Of a stretch of 41,246 nt of DNA, positions 1 through 8,699 are shown one piece after another. This DNA comes from an uncultured Methanosarcinales archaeon. GTDB taxonomy: Archaea > Nanobdellota > Nanobdellia > Woesearchaeales > GW2011-AR9. The translations under genes were made by a program, and so were the position numbers. Numbering within the stretch: the first letter of the stretch is position 1; each line of letters starts with the position of its first letter. Location: contig CAYSCV010000002.1 in assembly GCA_964429715.1 (NCBI GenBank), positions 1 to 41,246 on the forward strand. Reading direction: 5' to 3'. The notes beneath the pieces are model-generated. The model saw only the letters and a list, made by a program, of their open reading frames with translations. It made no database searches and was not told where the DNA came from.

Positions 1-2247
1 GAAATGTTTCGCATGGGCATCCCCGTCCCTCCCGGCTTCTGCATCACCGCACAAACGTATAAAGAATTTATCGAACGCACAAATATCAAACCTAAAATCC
101 AACAACTCCTCATCAATTTAAACGTCGAAGATAACACCCAGCTCCAAAAAGTCGCGGAACAAATCCAACGCGTCATCCTTTCTACACCCATTCCAGAGGA
201 AATGGCTGATGAAATTATGGATTCCTATGATCTTCTGGGCACTAACACCAAACGCGCCAACGATTTAGTCCAAGCCCAAGAAGTCTTTGTCGCCGTCAGA
301 TCTTCTGCAACCGCTGAAGACTTACCCGAAGCCAGTTTCGCCGGCCAGCAAGCCACATTCCTTAACGTCAAAGGCCGTAAAAATGTCGTCGGTGCCGTCT
401 TAGCCTGTTGGGCATCTTTATTCACTGCCCGCGCCATCTATTACCGTGTAAGAAATAATTTTGACCACATGAACGTCTTAATCTGCGCCGTCGTCCAAAA
501 AATGGTTAATGCCACCCAATCAGGGATCATGTTTACCGCTAATCCTGCTACCAATAACGAAAATGAACTCGTTATCGAAGCCATTTACGGCTTAGGAGAA
601 TTAATCGTCGGCGGCGAAGTCAATCCTAACATGTACCTGGTTGACAAACAAACCAAACAAATCAAAAAAATTGAAATTCGCAAACAAGATATGGGTTTAT
701 TTCGTAACGCTCAAGGCGAAAACGAAAAACGCCCCATCCCTCTCGACACCCAAGCCCGCCAAGTCTTAAACGAAAAACAAATTTTAGAATACGCTCGACT
801 AGGAAAAAAATTAGAAGAACATTATGGCAAACCCCAAGACATCGAATTCGCCGTTGAAAACAATAACGACTTATACATAGTCCAAACCCGTGCCATTACC
901 ACTTTAAAAAAGAAAGATCCTGTCACCCAACGCCCAACCATCACTGAAGAAGCCGGAAAAATTCTCTTAAAAGGCGAAACCGCCTCCGCCGGCGTATACT
1001 CTGGTCGCGTACGTATCGTCCACGACCCTTCTGAATTAGGCAAAGTCGAAAAAGGGGATATCCTAGTAACCACCATGACCACTCCTGATATGGTTCCCGC
1101 CATGCAGCGCGCCGGAGCAATCGTAACCAATGAAGGCGGACTCACTTGCCACGCTGCTATTGTTTCAAGAGAAATGGGTACACCTTGTTTGGTAGGTACG
1201 GAACACGCAACCGAAGTATTAAAAGACGACGAAATCATCACCGTTCACGCCACGCGTGGCTTAGTCTACGAAGGCAAAGTAGAAACCCAAGCTCCTCTCG
1301 CCACATCAACCAAACCACAATCTCAAACACAAACAAATGGCAAAATCATTACCGCAACCGATATAAAAATAATCCTTGATCTTCCTGATCTCGCCGAACG
1401 TGCCGCCACAACCGGTGCCGATGGCGTCGGTCTCGTAAGATTAGAAATCATGATCGCATCAGGTGGCATTCACCCCGCCGAATACATCCGCCAAAACAAA
1501 TACAAAGACTACATCACATTATTAAAAAACGGCATCCGTAAAATCGCCCAAGCCTTCAAAAACAAACCCGTCTGGATTCGCAATTCTGACATGCGTTCTG
1601 ATGAATATCGTAACTTAACCGGTGGCAATCAAGAACCCCACGAAACTGATCCTATGCTCGGTTGGCACGGCATCCGTCGCCTGCTCGACGAACCAAAAAT
1701 ACTCAAAGCCGAATTCCAAGCCATCGCCGATTTACACGCCGAAGGTTACAAAAACGTCGGCATTATGATCCCTTTCATCATTCGCGTTGAAGAACTGCGC
1801 AAAGCCAAAAACATCATGCGCGAAACCGGCTTAGAACCCTGTCGTGATATTGACTTTGGCATCATGGTCGAAACTCCCGCAGCCTGTTGGATAATTGAAG
1901 ACCTCTGTAAAGAAGGCCTCAGCTTCGTCTCCTTTGGCACGAACGACTTAACCCAACTCACGTTAGGTATCGACCGCAACAACGAACGCTTATCAAACAG
2001 ATTCGACGAAATGCATCCTGCCGTTTTAGGTGAAATCGCCAAAGTCATCAAAACCTGCCAGAAATATCACGTCACCACTTCCATTTGCGGTCAAGCTGGT
2101 TCTCGTGCCGTCATGGCCGAATTCCTCGTTCACCAAGGTATTGACTCCATCTCCGCTAATGCCGATGCTGTTGATGAAATCCGCACAACTGTCGCCAGAG
2201 TAGAACGAAAAGTGCTATTGGAAGGGGAGAGACACAAAGTGAAATAA
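1..2247 (+). CDS. ppsA: Phosphoenolpyruvate synthase (pyruvate, water dikinase), 5'-partial; frame open from base 1
   Basis: 747-aa ORF. ATP-grasp N-terminal region (GIPVPPGF, RSSATAEDLPEASFAGQ). Swivel phosphohistidine motif GGLTCHAAIVSREMGTP. C-terminal PEP-utilising barrel (GIMVETPAA, SFGTNDLTQ). No stop between the window edge and the first ATG. Confidence 0.88.
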   Translation, partial: EMFRMGIPVPPGFCITAQTYKEFIERTNIKPKIQQLLINLNVEDNTQLQKVAEQIQRVILSTPIPEEMADEIMDSYDLLGTNTKRANDLVQAQEVFVAVRSSATAEDLPEASFAGQQATFLNVKGRKNVVGAVLACWASLFTARAIYYRVRNNFDHMNVLICAVVQKMVNATQSGIMFTANPATNNENELVIEAIYGLGELIVGGEVNPNMYLVDKQTKQIKKIEIRKQDMGLFRNAQGENEKRPIPLDTQARQVLNEKQILEYARLGKKLEEHYGKPQDIEFAVENNNDLYIVQTRAITTLKKKDPVTQRPTITEEAGKILLKGETASAGVYSGRVRIVHDPSELGKVEKGDILVTTMTTPDMVPAMQRAGAIVTNEGGLTCHAAIVSREMGTPCLVGTEHATEVLKDDEIITVHATRGLVYEGKVETQAPLATSTKPQSQTQTNGKIITATDIKIILDLPDLAERAATTGADGVGLVRLEIMIASGGIHPAEYIRQNKYKDYITLLKNGIRKIAQAFKNKPVWIRNSDMRSDEYRNLTGGNQEPHETDPMLGWHGIRRLLDEPKILKAEFQAIADLHAEGYKNVGIMIPFIIRVEELRKAKNIMRETGLEPCRDIDFGIMVETPAACWIIEDLCKEGLSFVSFGTNDLTQLTLGIDRNNERLSNRFDEMHPAVLGEIAKVIKTCQKYHVTTSICGQAGSRAVMAEFLVHQGIDSISANADAVDEIRTTVARVERKVLLEGERHKVK

Positions 2248-2326
2248 TCTATTTTCTCTTTATTGTTCTCCATTCTCAATAAGAATAGTGAGTGCGTTTA
2301 ACAGATTTTTCAATTACATTTAATAT

Positions 2327-2902
2327 TTACCTTTCCTTTAAAAATTGTAATGCTTCATCTCGGACAAACATCTTCTTTTTGTAATAATCTATTTGCTCAT
2401 TGATCAAAGAAATATCTTTAATAGTCTGTCTGGGGTTTGCTTCAAATTGTAAAATACAAGTCGCAACCTCTTCTACTGTTTCGGCAATCACATCACACGT
2501 TGTCAACACAAAAGGACATTTCCAATTTTTATAAATTCTTCCGCCAATTTCTTTCTCATTTTTATTGAATTTTCCGTTTCGTGGCGCAAGACCGATAAGT
2601 GGTTTTTTAAAATATTTTGCAATCAACATCTCCTGTGAACCACCAACACTGATATCATCAGTCAAATAGACAATCACCACATCAGCGTTCGAAATCATAA
2701 AACAATCTCTGCCAAATACTAATGAAGGGTTGTTTTCATCCCACTCTGTCGTTTTCGGCGTTTTAGTCGGATCAAGATTTATGATCTGTAAACCTGTTTT
2801 TTCTTCCAATGTGTTACAAAAATTCACACGCCAATCTTTCGTACCAAAAATAGAATGAGGATTAACCTTTCCCGCAATATATAGTTTAAGTCCTTCATTC
2901 AT
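2327..2902 (-). CDS. Nucleoside 2-deoxyribosyltransferase-like protein (191 aa from internal ATG)
   Basis: ORF-track frame 2327..3019 trimmed to MNEGLKLYIAGK, because the upstream part overlaps the Rpp21 gene. The ATG (2902-2900) overlaps the Rpp21 stop as ATGA. The LYIAGK N-terminus and the VVIVYLTDDISVGGSQEMLIA block fit the NDT/YtoQ-type fold. Confidence 0.55.
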   Translation of the reverse strand: MNEGLKLYIAGKVNPHSIFGTKDWRVNFCNTLEEKTGLQIINLDPTKTPKTTEWDENNPSLVFGRDCFMISNADVVIVYLTDDISVGGSQEMLIAKYFKKPLIGLAPRNGKFNKNEKEIGGRIYKNWKCPFVLTTCDVIAETVEEVATCILQFEANPRQTIKDISLINEQIDYYKKKMFVRDEALQFLKER

Positions 2903-3207
2903 TTTAGCGGTATCCTCAGAAACTTTTTGCAATCCAAACACGAAATAACCACCTTTCCTTTCCGCGTCCGCACTCGCGCATTCACTCCTGGCTGCAAATA
3001 ATGATAACAATGTTTGCAATATCGTCGTTTCAATTCTAACGGTATTTTCGTCTTCACCTTCATCGCAATCTTTCGCGCCAACGCAACATACCTATGTGCT
3101 GAACTTCGGTCCAGAGAAAACGCCGTAGCCGCTTCTCGAAACAAAATCTTGATTCGTTGCAGTGCTATCTCTTTTTGCTGCGTCTTCGAAAAAGTAGGTC
3201 GACCCAT
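2899..3207 (-). CDS. rnp4: RNase P protein component 4 (Rpp21/Rpr2 family), 102 aa
   Basis: Basic helical N-terminus (QRIKILFREA, AHRYVALARKIAMK) followed by a zinc ribbon RYCKHCYHYL...VISCLDCKKF (CxxC...CxxC). Start moved to MGRPTFSK; the longer track ORF begins with a hydrophobic, unlikely extension. Confidence 0.8.
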   Translation of the reverse strand: MGRPTFSKTQQKEIALQRIKILFREAATAFSLDRSSAHRYVALARKIAMKVKTKIPLELKRRYCKHCYHYLQPGVNARVRTRKGKVVISCLDCKKFLRIPLK

Positions 3208-3290
3208 AATCATAAGAAAACCAATCATAGTTAAAAAAGTATCCCTCTCCAACACAAAAACATATAAACACATTTATCAGCAATACTAAA

Positions 3291-3605
3291 ATGCTCCGTG
3301 GCCGTCCCGTCAAAAGTCAAATTCGTCAAAATATTATCGAACTTCTCAACCATCTCAAACAAGGCTACGGCTATCAAATCAGCAAAATCTACAACGAAAT
3401 TTTCCCCAGAGTAACCCAACGCAGTATATATTATCATCTACACAAAGGCACTCACACAAATGAAATTTCCATTCATAAAATCCAGCAAGAAAAAGGTGAT
3501 TTTTCCTGGGGCACCACAGTGGAAAAAATATATTACACTCTTGGTAAAAACGCCGAACCTAAAGGTGATAAACGTATATCTGAATTCTTCAAACACAAAA
3601 AATAA
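3291..3605 (+). CDS. Small winged-helix transcription regulator (PadR-like)
   Basis: 104 aa. The pattern GYGYQISKIYNEIFP..VTQRSIYYHLHKG....KIYYTL matches the PadR-type wHTH layout (recognition helix, then wing ending in Y-x-L/T). The stop overlaps the next gene's start as TAATG. Confidence 0.5.
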   Translation: MLRGRPVKSQIRQNIIELLNHLKQGYGYQISKIYNEIFPRVTQRSIYYHLHKGTHTNEISIHKIQQEKGDFSWGTTVEKIYYTLGKNAEPKGDKRISEFFKHKK

Positions 3606-3925
3606 TGACTCCCTCCCCATTCGCCCAACAAGTCTACACCCTCTGCAAAAAAATTCCTAGAAGCAAAGTAACAACATACAAAGCAATCGCTAAAGCTCTA
3701 AATTGTAAAGGCTACCAAGCCATCGGCCAAGCATTAAAAAAGAATCCGTACGCCCCGATAGTCCCCTGCCATCGCGTCATCAACAGCAACGGCTCAATCG
3801 GCGGTTTTTTCGGCCAAACAACCGGCCCAGAAATCAAACGTAAAACATCCTTATTACAACAAGAAGGTATTATCATCAGTAACAGAAAAATAGACTTAAA
3901 CCAATACTTCTACCCTCTAGCGTAA
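3605..3925 (+). CDS. ogt: Methylated-DNA--protein-cysteine methyltransferase, short single-domain form
   Basis: 106 aa with the alkyl-acceptor motif IVPCHRVI preceded by the HTH region (KVTTYKAIAKAL). Only the C-terminal DNA-binding/active-site domain is present. Confidence 0.8.
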   Translation: MTPSPFAQQVYTLCKKIPRSKVTTYKAIAKALNCKGYQAIGQALKKNPYAPIVPCHRVINSNGSIGGFFGQTTGPEIKRKTSLLQQEGIIISNRKIDLNQYFYPLA

Positions 3926-3967
3926 ACTTACATAAAATATATAAAACAACCCTAAAATTCTAGATTC

Positions 3968-4663
3968 ATGGCCCTAATTAGTACATTTCAAGGTACTGTA
4001 CAAGAAGTAAAATATCTCACCTCAAGTGTTATGTTCTTCTCTTTAACAATCCCTCATTCGTTCACATTCACCGCCGGTCAATTTGCCATAATTAAAATGA
4101 CAAAGAACAACCAAACAAAAATGAAATCCTACTCTATCTTAAATGCCCCATCCAAACGTGGCGTACTTGAATTATGTGTCAAACTCATTGATGGCGGCTT
4201 TGCTTCCGAAATCTTCAAACAAACAAAAGTCAACGACACTTTCGAAATTAAAGGCCCATTTGGCCATTTCATTCTCGATGAATCCTCGGTACAACATGAA
4301 CAGTGGTTCATCTGCGCCGGTACGGGAGTCGTACCTTTCTATAGCATGCTTGCCCAACATCTCTCCCGCCACCCCTCAACCAAATTTCATTTACTCTTCA
4401 GCGTGAGAACAAAGCCAGATTTATTCTTCCACCAAGAATTTCTTGACTGGGAAAAAACCAATTCCAACTTCACATACATGCCAACGTTAACTCGCGAAGA
4501 GTGGCCAGGTCTTAAAGGCCGTGTTCAGCAACATCTAGGCATACAACTCCAACACAAATATTTTTATATCTGTGGTTTAAACGAATTAGTGCTTGACACA
4601 AAAACATATCTTCTCAATCATAGCGTCGATCCTAAACAAATTCATGTCGAGCGTTATAATTAA
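3968..4663 (+). CDS. FNR-family FAD/NAD(P)-binding oxidoreductase
   Basis: 231 aa. FAD-binding beta-barrel (GQFAIIKM, KSYSILNAP), then an NAD(P)-binding motif (WFICAGTGVVPFYSM) and a C-terminal YICGL. No Fe-S cysteine cluster seen. Confidence 0.65.
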   Translation: MALISTFQGTVQEVKYLTSSVMFFSLTIPHSFTFTAGQFAIIKMTKNNQTKMKSYSILNAPSKRGVLELCVKLIDGGFASEIFKQTKVNDTFEIKGPFGHFILDESSVQHEQWFICAGTGVVPFYSMLAQHLSRHPSTKFHLLFSVRTKPDLFFHQEFLDWEKTNSNFTYMPTLTREEWPGLKGRVQQHLGIQLQHKYFYICGLNELVLDTKTYLLNHSVDPKQIHVERYN

Positions 4664-4677
4664 AAGAGGTCAAAACA

Positions 4678-6171
4678 ATGAAACTAAATATAATTGAAAA
4701 CATCCCTGGCAAAAGTCAATTGCTCGTTCTCGGAATCTGGGAAGATAACCTCAACCATTATCAACAATTCTCCTCTGAACTCACAACCGAAATTCAAGAT
4801 GCCGCAATCTCAAAACGTTGCGAATTCCATTTTGGTGAAATCCTCATTACAAAAATTCCAAATAAACCATACCAGAAAGTTCTCGTTCTCGGGCTTGGAA
4901 AAAAATCAGAAATAACAATAGAACGCGTCCGTAAATCTATGGGCAAAATTGTCAAATGCGCCCGCGGATTAAAATTACTCTCCATAGAAACAACTATCGC
5001 TGAAATGCTTCGCACCCAATTTTCAGATGAAGAACTTGGTCGTACTATCGCTGAAGGCACAATCCTCACCAATTACGAATTTACCAAATACCTCTCCACC
5101 GAAAAGAAAGACAAAAAAAAATTAGTCGAAGAAATCACTTTTGGTTGGCATGGCAAAACTCGTAAAGAACTTGAACATGGTTTAAATCAAGGCACAATAA
5201 TTGCCAAAGCCACCAATCTCGCTAAAGACCTCGTCAACGAACCCGCATCTGTTGCTACACCTTCATATATAGAAAAAGTAGCAAAAACCATCGCCAAACA
5301 ATCCAATCTCTCCCTAACTGTTCTTGAAAAAAATGACCTAGAACGCCTTGGCCTCAACTCATTTCTCGGCGTCAGTCGTGGCAGTTCTCAACCTCCCAAA
5401 CTCCTCATTCTCGAATACACCGGCGCACCCAAAACTAAACCCTGGAAAGCATTCGTAGGCAAAGGCATTACCTTCGATTCCGGCGGCTATAACTTAAAAC
5501 CAACCGGCGGCATTGAAGACATGAAATCCGACATGGCTGGCGCCGCCGCCGTATTAGCCACACTCAAATCCGTATCGGAACTACATCTCTCTGAAAATAT
5601 CCTTGGCATCATGCCTTTGTGTGAAAACATGATTGGGGGCTGTGCGCAAAAACCAGGCGACATTGTCAAAGCATATAACGGCAAAACAATTGAAATTCGT
5701 AACACCGACGCCGAAGGCCGTTTAATCCTCGCTGATGCCCTCTCCTACACTGAAGCAACCTACAAACCAGAAAGTATCATCGACCTCGCCACCCTCACTG
5801 GCGCCTGCGTCATCGCCCTCGGCTATTACGCTTCTGGCTTGATGAGTAAAGACGATCAATTAATTTCCTCTCTCACACTTGCTGGTAATAAAAGCGGCGA
5901 TCGCGTCTGGTCCTTGCCATTTTTTGAAGAATACCACGACGCCATGGACGGCACAATTTCCGATCTGCGTAACATGTCAAGCAAAGGCAAAGGCTATGAA
6001 GCCGGCGCAATTAACGGCGGCGTCTTTCTAAGTAAATTCGTTGACAAAGCACGTTGGGCTCATATCGATATCGCCGGCCCCGCTTTTTTAATTGAAGAAA
6101 ACGACTATTATCAGAAAGGTGCATCTGGTGCTGGTGTAAGATTATTGTGCTATTGGTTACTAGGAAACTAA
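4678..6171 (+). CDS. pepA: Leucyl aminopeptidase, M17 family
   Basis: 497 aa. M17 signature NTDAEGRLILADAL, plus VGKGITFDSGGYNLKP and MKSDMAGAAAV metal/bicarbonate-site blocks. Confidence 0.9.
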   Translation: MKLNIIENIPGKSQLLVLGIWEDNLNHYQQFSSELTTEIQDAAISKRCEFHFGEILITKIPNKPYQKVLVLGLGKKSEITIERVRKSMGKIVKCARGLKLLSIETTIAEMLRTQFSDEELGRTIAEGTILTNYEFTKYLSTEKKDKKKLVEEITFGWHGKTRKELEHGLNQGTIIAKATNLAKDLVNEPASVATPSYIEKVAKTIAKQSNLSLTVLEKNDLERLGLNSFLGVSRGSSQPPKLLILEYTGAPKTKPWKAFVGKGITFDSGGYNLKPTGGIEDMKSDMAGAAAVLATLKSVSELHLSENILGIMPLCENMIGGCAQKPGDIVKAYNGKTIEIRNTDAEGRLILADALSYTEATYKPESIIDLATLTGACVIALGYYASGLMSKDDQLISSLTLAGNKSGDRVWSLPFFEEYHDAMDGTISDLRNMSSKGKGYEAGAINGGVFLSKFVDKARWAHIDIAGPAFLIEENDYYQKGASGAGVRLLCYWLLGN

Positions 6172-6178
6172 GTATTTT

Positions 6179-6802
6179 TTAATCCATCACTACTATTTCT
6201 TTAAATGAATAGATAATCCTTTCTTTCTGTAAAAACTTCCCTAATTCTTCTTCTCTTTCTTTAGGAATTAACACTACATTTGACCCATATCTTCTCCCTT
6301 TAAGTTCCCCCAACAATCCTTTATCTTTATACCCTTTTTCATTTCGGCCAAATAATGTCCGTGTCAATCGCAAATATTTTTTCTTATCTTTAGGAAATTC
6401 CCATGTAAATAAATCAAATCTTTCTCCTGTTTGCAGTTCTGCTTTTTTGGAAAACAATAAGATCCCTTCGCTGGCAATACTGCTCTGCAGCTGCCACTCC
6501 TGTAATCTACCCGCTTGCACAGAAAGAGGATAATGAAACCCCAATAATTTCCATTTTTTATAATCTGTAGATTGATAAAAGCGCGCAAATGCTGCTCGCA
6601 CATTTCGTTCTACTGTATCGGCCCGATCACAGTCAATAAAAATATCTATATCACTTTCTTTTTGCAGTTGTCCTCGTACCGCCGAACCATACAAAAATAT
6701 TTTTGAAATAAACTTGTTGAGTGTCCCATCTAAGAACAAGAAACTTAACGCATTCTGTGCATACGCAATCGCGTGCCATGTTTGCTTATTCAATCTCCTC
6801 AC
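6179..6802 (-). CDS. Minimal nucleotidyltransferase (MNT/Pol-beta superfamily) with ~85-aa C-terminal extension
   Basis: 207 aa. G-S-x(n)-D-x-D core LYGSAVRGQLQKESDIDIFID. The C-terminal part (FDLFTWEFPKDKKKYL...NVVLIPKEREEELGKFL) is shared with the second NTase at 8668..9258. Overlaps the upstream gene by 17 nt. Confidence 0.75.
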   Translation of the reverse strand: MRRLNKQTWHAIAYAQNALSFLFLDGTLNKFISKIFLYGSAVRGQLQKESDIDIFIDCDRADTVERNVRAAFARFYQSTDYKKWKLLGFHYPLSVQAGRLQEWQLQSSIASEGILLFSKKAELQTGERFDLFTWEFPKDKKKYLRLTRTLFGRNEKGYKDKGLLGELKGRRYGSNVVLIPKEREEELGKFLQKERIIYSFKEIVVMD

Positions 6803-7217
6803 CTAATTGTTGTAGTTGTTCTTTAATCAACTGATGCAGTTTTTGAAATGCTTTTAACACTATTTCCGCGGCACTCTTGCTCGGTTTGCCATAAATCAAT
6901 TTATTTCTATGCTCTTCAATAAGATACATCGACCTGAAGATATCTTCTTTCATCGCAAATTCCACTCCTAACATTCGCTCGGCTAAAGGCATAATTTTCT
7001 GTTCCGGCTTTGGTGTTTTAAACCACTCATGCTTCACCATCGTTCCGATAGAAATTTTATTGAGCGTGTGCAGATACAGCTCCAGTAAATCTATCGAACA
7101 AGCCGAAGTATGTAATCCAATAGTGGCTGCTCGTTCTTCAAGCCCAACCGCAATAGCTGATTCTATCCCTTGGATATGTTCTTGAATATGTAATTTATGT
7201 ACTTCTTTTGAGGTCAT
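6786..7217 (-). CDS. Small all-helical HEPN-like protein, partner of the NTase (144 aa from ATG at 7217)
   Basis: Helical heptad-like sequence. Near the C-terminus, EEHRNKLIYG sits where HEPN proteins carry R-x4-6-H, but has Y in place of H. Translationally overlapped with the NTase gene. The track ORF N-terminal 22 aa are translated operator repeats and were trimmed. Confidence 0.45.
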   Translation of the reverse strand: MTSKEVHKLHIQEHIQGIESAIAVGLEERAATIGLHTSACSIDLLELYLHTLNKISIGTMVKHEWFKTPKPEQKIMPLAERMLGVEFAMKEDIFRSMYLIEEHRNKLIYGKPSKSAAEIVLKAFQKLHQLIKEQLQQLGEEIE

Positions 7218-7218
7218 A

Positions 7219-7269
7219 TTGGAATAAAAGTTCCAATTCTTTATAAATTTTTTGGAATAAAAGTTCCTA
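7219..7269. promoter_or_regulatory. Two copies of the palindromic site TTGGAA-N6-TTCC(A/T)A bracketing a TATA-like box
   Basis: TTGGAATAAAAGTTCC occurs at 7219-7234 and 7252-7267 (16/16 identical, 33-nt period). TTATAAATTT (7241-7250) lies between them, about 24 nt from the cassette ATG (7217). Confidence 0.5.
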
Positions 7270-7341
7270 ATTTTAAACCACACTATAAGCTGTTCCTAAA
7301 ACAACATAAAGTTAATAAAGAAGCACTTCCCTATTCCTTCC

Positions 7342-8271
7342 ATGGAAAACGTCATTATCCTTGGAACTGGCATCGCGGGACTTACCGCTGCAATTTACAC
7401 CGCAAGAGCCAACCTCTCTCCTCTGCTAATCTCCGGTCCCGAAGATGGCGGCCAATTAACCTTAACCACGGACGTTGAAAACTTCCCTGGCTTCCCTCAG
7501 GGCATCCAAGGCCCCGAATTAATCAATATCACAAAATCCCAAGCCGAACGCTTCGGCGCTCGCTTCAAAATCGACATAGCTTCAAAATTCACCTCACTTA
7601 AAAACGGCAACGGCTTCGAACTCGAATTGATCAGCGGCGAAAAAATTAAAACCAAATCCCTCATTATCTCAACCGGCGCATCTGCACGCTGGTTAGGTAT
7701 TCCTTCGGAACAAAAGTATAAAGGAAGAGGTGTCACAACGTGCGCAACCTGCGACGGCGCATTCTTCAAAAACAAAGAAGTTGCTGTCATCGGTGGCGGC
7801 GATTCCGCTATGGAAGAATCAACCTTCTTAACTAAATTCGCCAGTAAAGTAACTATCATCCATCGCCAAGACACATTTCGCGCCTCAAAGATCATGCAAG
7901 ATAAATTCTTCAAAAATCCAAAATGTTCTGTTGTTTGGAATAAAGAAGTGAATGAAATCCTCGGTGACGGCAAAAAAGTCACCGGCGTCAAATTAAAAGA
8001 TACAACAACAGGGAAAATTACGGAATTCAAATGCGACGGCGTCTTTCTTGCCATTGGCCACATCCCTAACACCTCAATCTTCAAAAGCCAAGTAGACATG
8101 GATGCGTTAGGCTACCTCAAAACCGACCGTTTCACCAAAACTAATATTCCTGGCGTATTTGCCGCAGGCGATGTTCAGGATACACGATATCGCCAAGCCA
8201 TCACCGCCGCCGGTTCAGGCTGCCAAGCCGCCATGGAAGTCGAAAAATATTTGGCCGAACATCACGAATGA
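7342..8271 (+). CDS. trxB: Thioredoxin reductase
   Basis: 309 aa. FAD motif ILGTGIAGLTAA, redox-active CATCDG, NADPH motif VIGGGDSAMEE, C-terminal GVFAAGDV. Confidence 0.92.
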   Translation: MENVIILGTGIAGLTAAIYTARANLSPLLISGPEDGGQLTLTTDVENFPGFPQGIQGPELINITKSQAERFGARFKIDIASKFTSLKNGNGFELELISGEKIKTKSLIISTGASARWLGIPSEQKYKGRGVTTCATCDGAFFKNKEVAVIGGGDSAMEESTFLTKFASKVTIIHRQDTFRASKIMQDKFFKNPKCSVVWNKEVNEILGDGKKVTGVKLKDTTTGKITEFKCDGVFLAIGHIPNTSIFKSQVDMDALGYLKTDRFTKTNIPGVFAAGDVQDTRYRQAITAAGSGCQAAMEVEKYLAEHHE

Positions 8272-8313
8272 ATAAAGATATTCTTTTCTCTTTTTTATAA
8301 CCAAAAAACCATT

Positions 8314-8370
8314 TGTTAGCACATCTAACAGAAAAGTTTAAATAGTTCTTCATTGTTACCTCAACTAACA
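8314..8370. promoter_or_regulatory. Two copies of the palindromic site TGTTA(G/C)-N5-CTAACA bracketing a TTTAAATA TATA box
   Basis: TGTTAGcacatCTAACA at 8314-8330 and TGTTACctcaaCTAACA at 8354-8370. The second ends on the A of the start codon. TTTAAATA at 8337-8344 is about 26 nt upstream of the ATG, consistent with a leaderless mRNA. Confidence 0.45.
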
Positions 8371-8699
8371 TGATCACTATCGCCCAAATACTAGTCTTCA
8401 AAAAGTCAGCAGATACATTATATTCCTCTGGCGATTACACCTCTGCCACAATCCTTTATTTTAAAACATTATTTGCCCTCCAAGATTTTGTTCTGTTAGA
8501 AAAAATTGGTGAATCCCCCAAAGATCATACCTCTCGTTTTCGCAGTTTAGAAAAGAATTTCCCCGACTTATTCAACGAATTAGATTTAGAATTTTCTACT
8601 TATAGGGATACGTATTCTAAAATTATTGATAAAGAGACATGCATACGCATTAAGAGGCTTGTTGACTATGATCTTACAACCTATAAAATTAAAGCATGA
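8370..8699 (+). CDS. Small all-helical HEPN-like protein, partner of the second NTase
   Basis: 109 aa. HEPN-like opening (ADTLYSSGDYTSATILYFKTLFAL) and a C-terminal YRDTYSK at the position of the R-x4-6-H motif, without His. Overlaps the downstream NTase gene by 32 nt. Confidence 0.45.
   Translation: MITIAQILVFKKSADTLYSSGDYTSATILYFKTLFALQDFVLLEKIGESPKDHTSRFRSLEKNFPDLFNELDLEFSTYRDTYSKIIDKETCIRIKRLVDYDLTTYKIKA

Noticed and set aside
2899-3273. N-terminal extensions of track ORFs (2899..3273, 2327..3019, 6786..7283, 17677..18234, 27660..28067, 32315.., 34399..)
   Set aside because: The extensions overlap neighbouring genes or regulatory repeats, begin at GTG/TTG, or are hydrophobic junk. Internal ATGs with SD-like motifs or conserved family N-termini give the expected protein lengths.
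7497-8099. Long antisense ORFs inside well-supported genes (this one in trxB; also 225..437, 822..1241 and 1746..2051 in ppsA; 18285..18719 and 19005..19613 in the ABC permease; 33892..34360 in the LTD gene; 38786..39759 in gyrA)
   Set aside because: They are shadow frames favoured by the strong strand compositional bias. The opposite-strand genes carry unambiguous family motifs.
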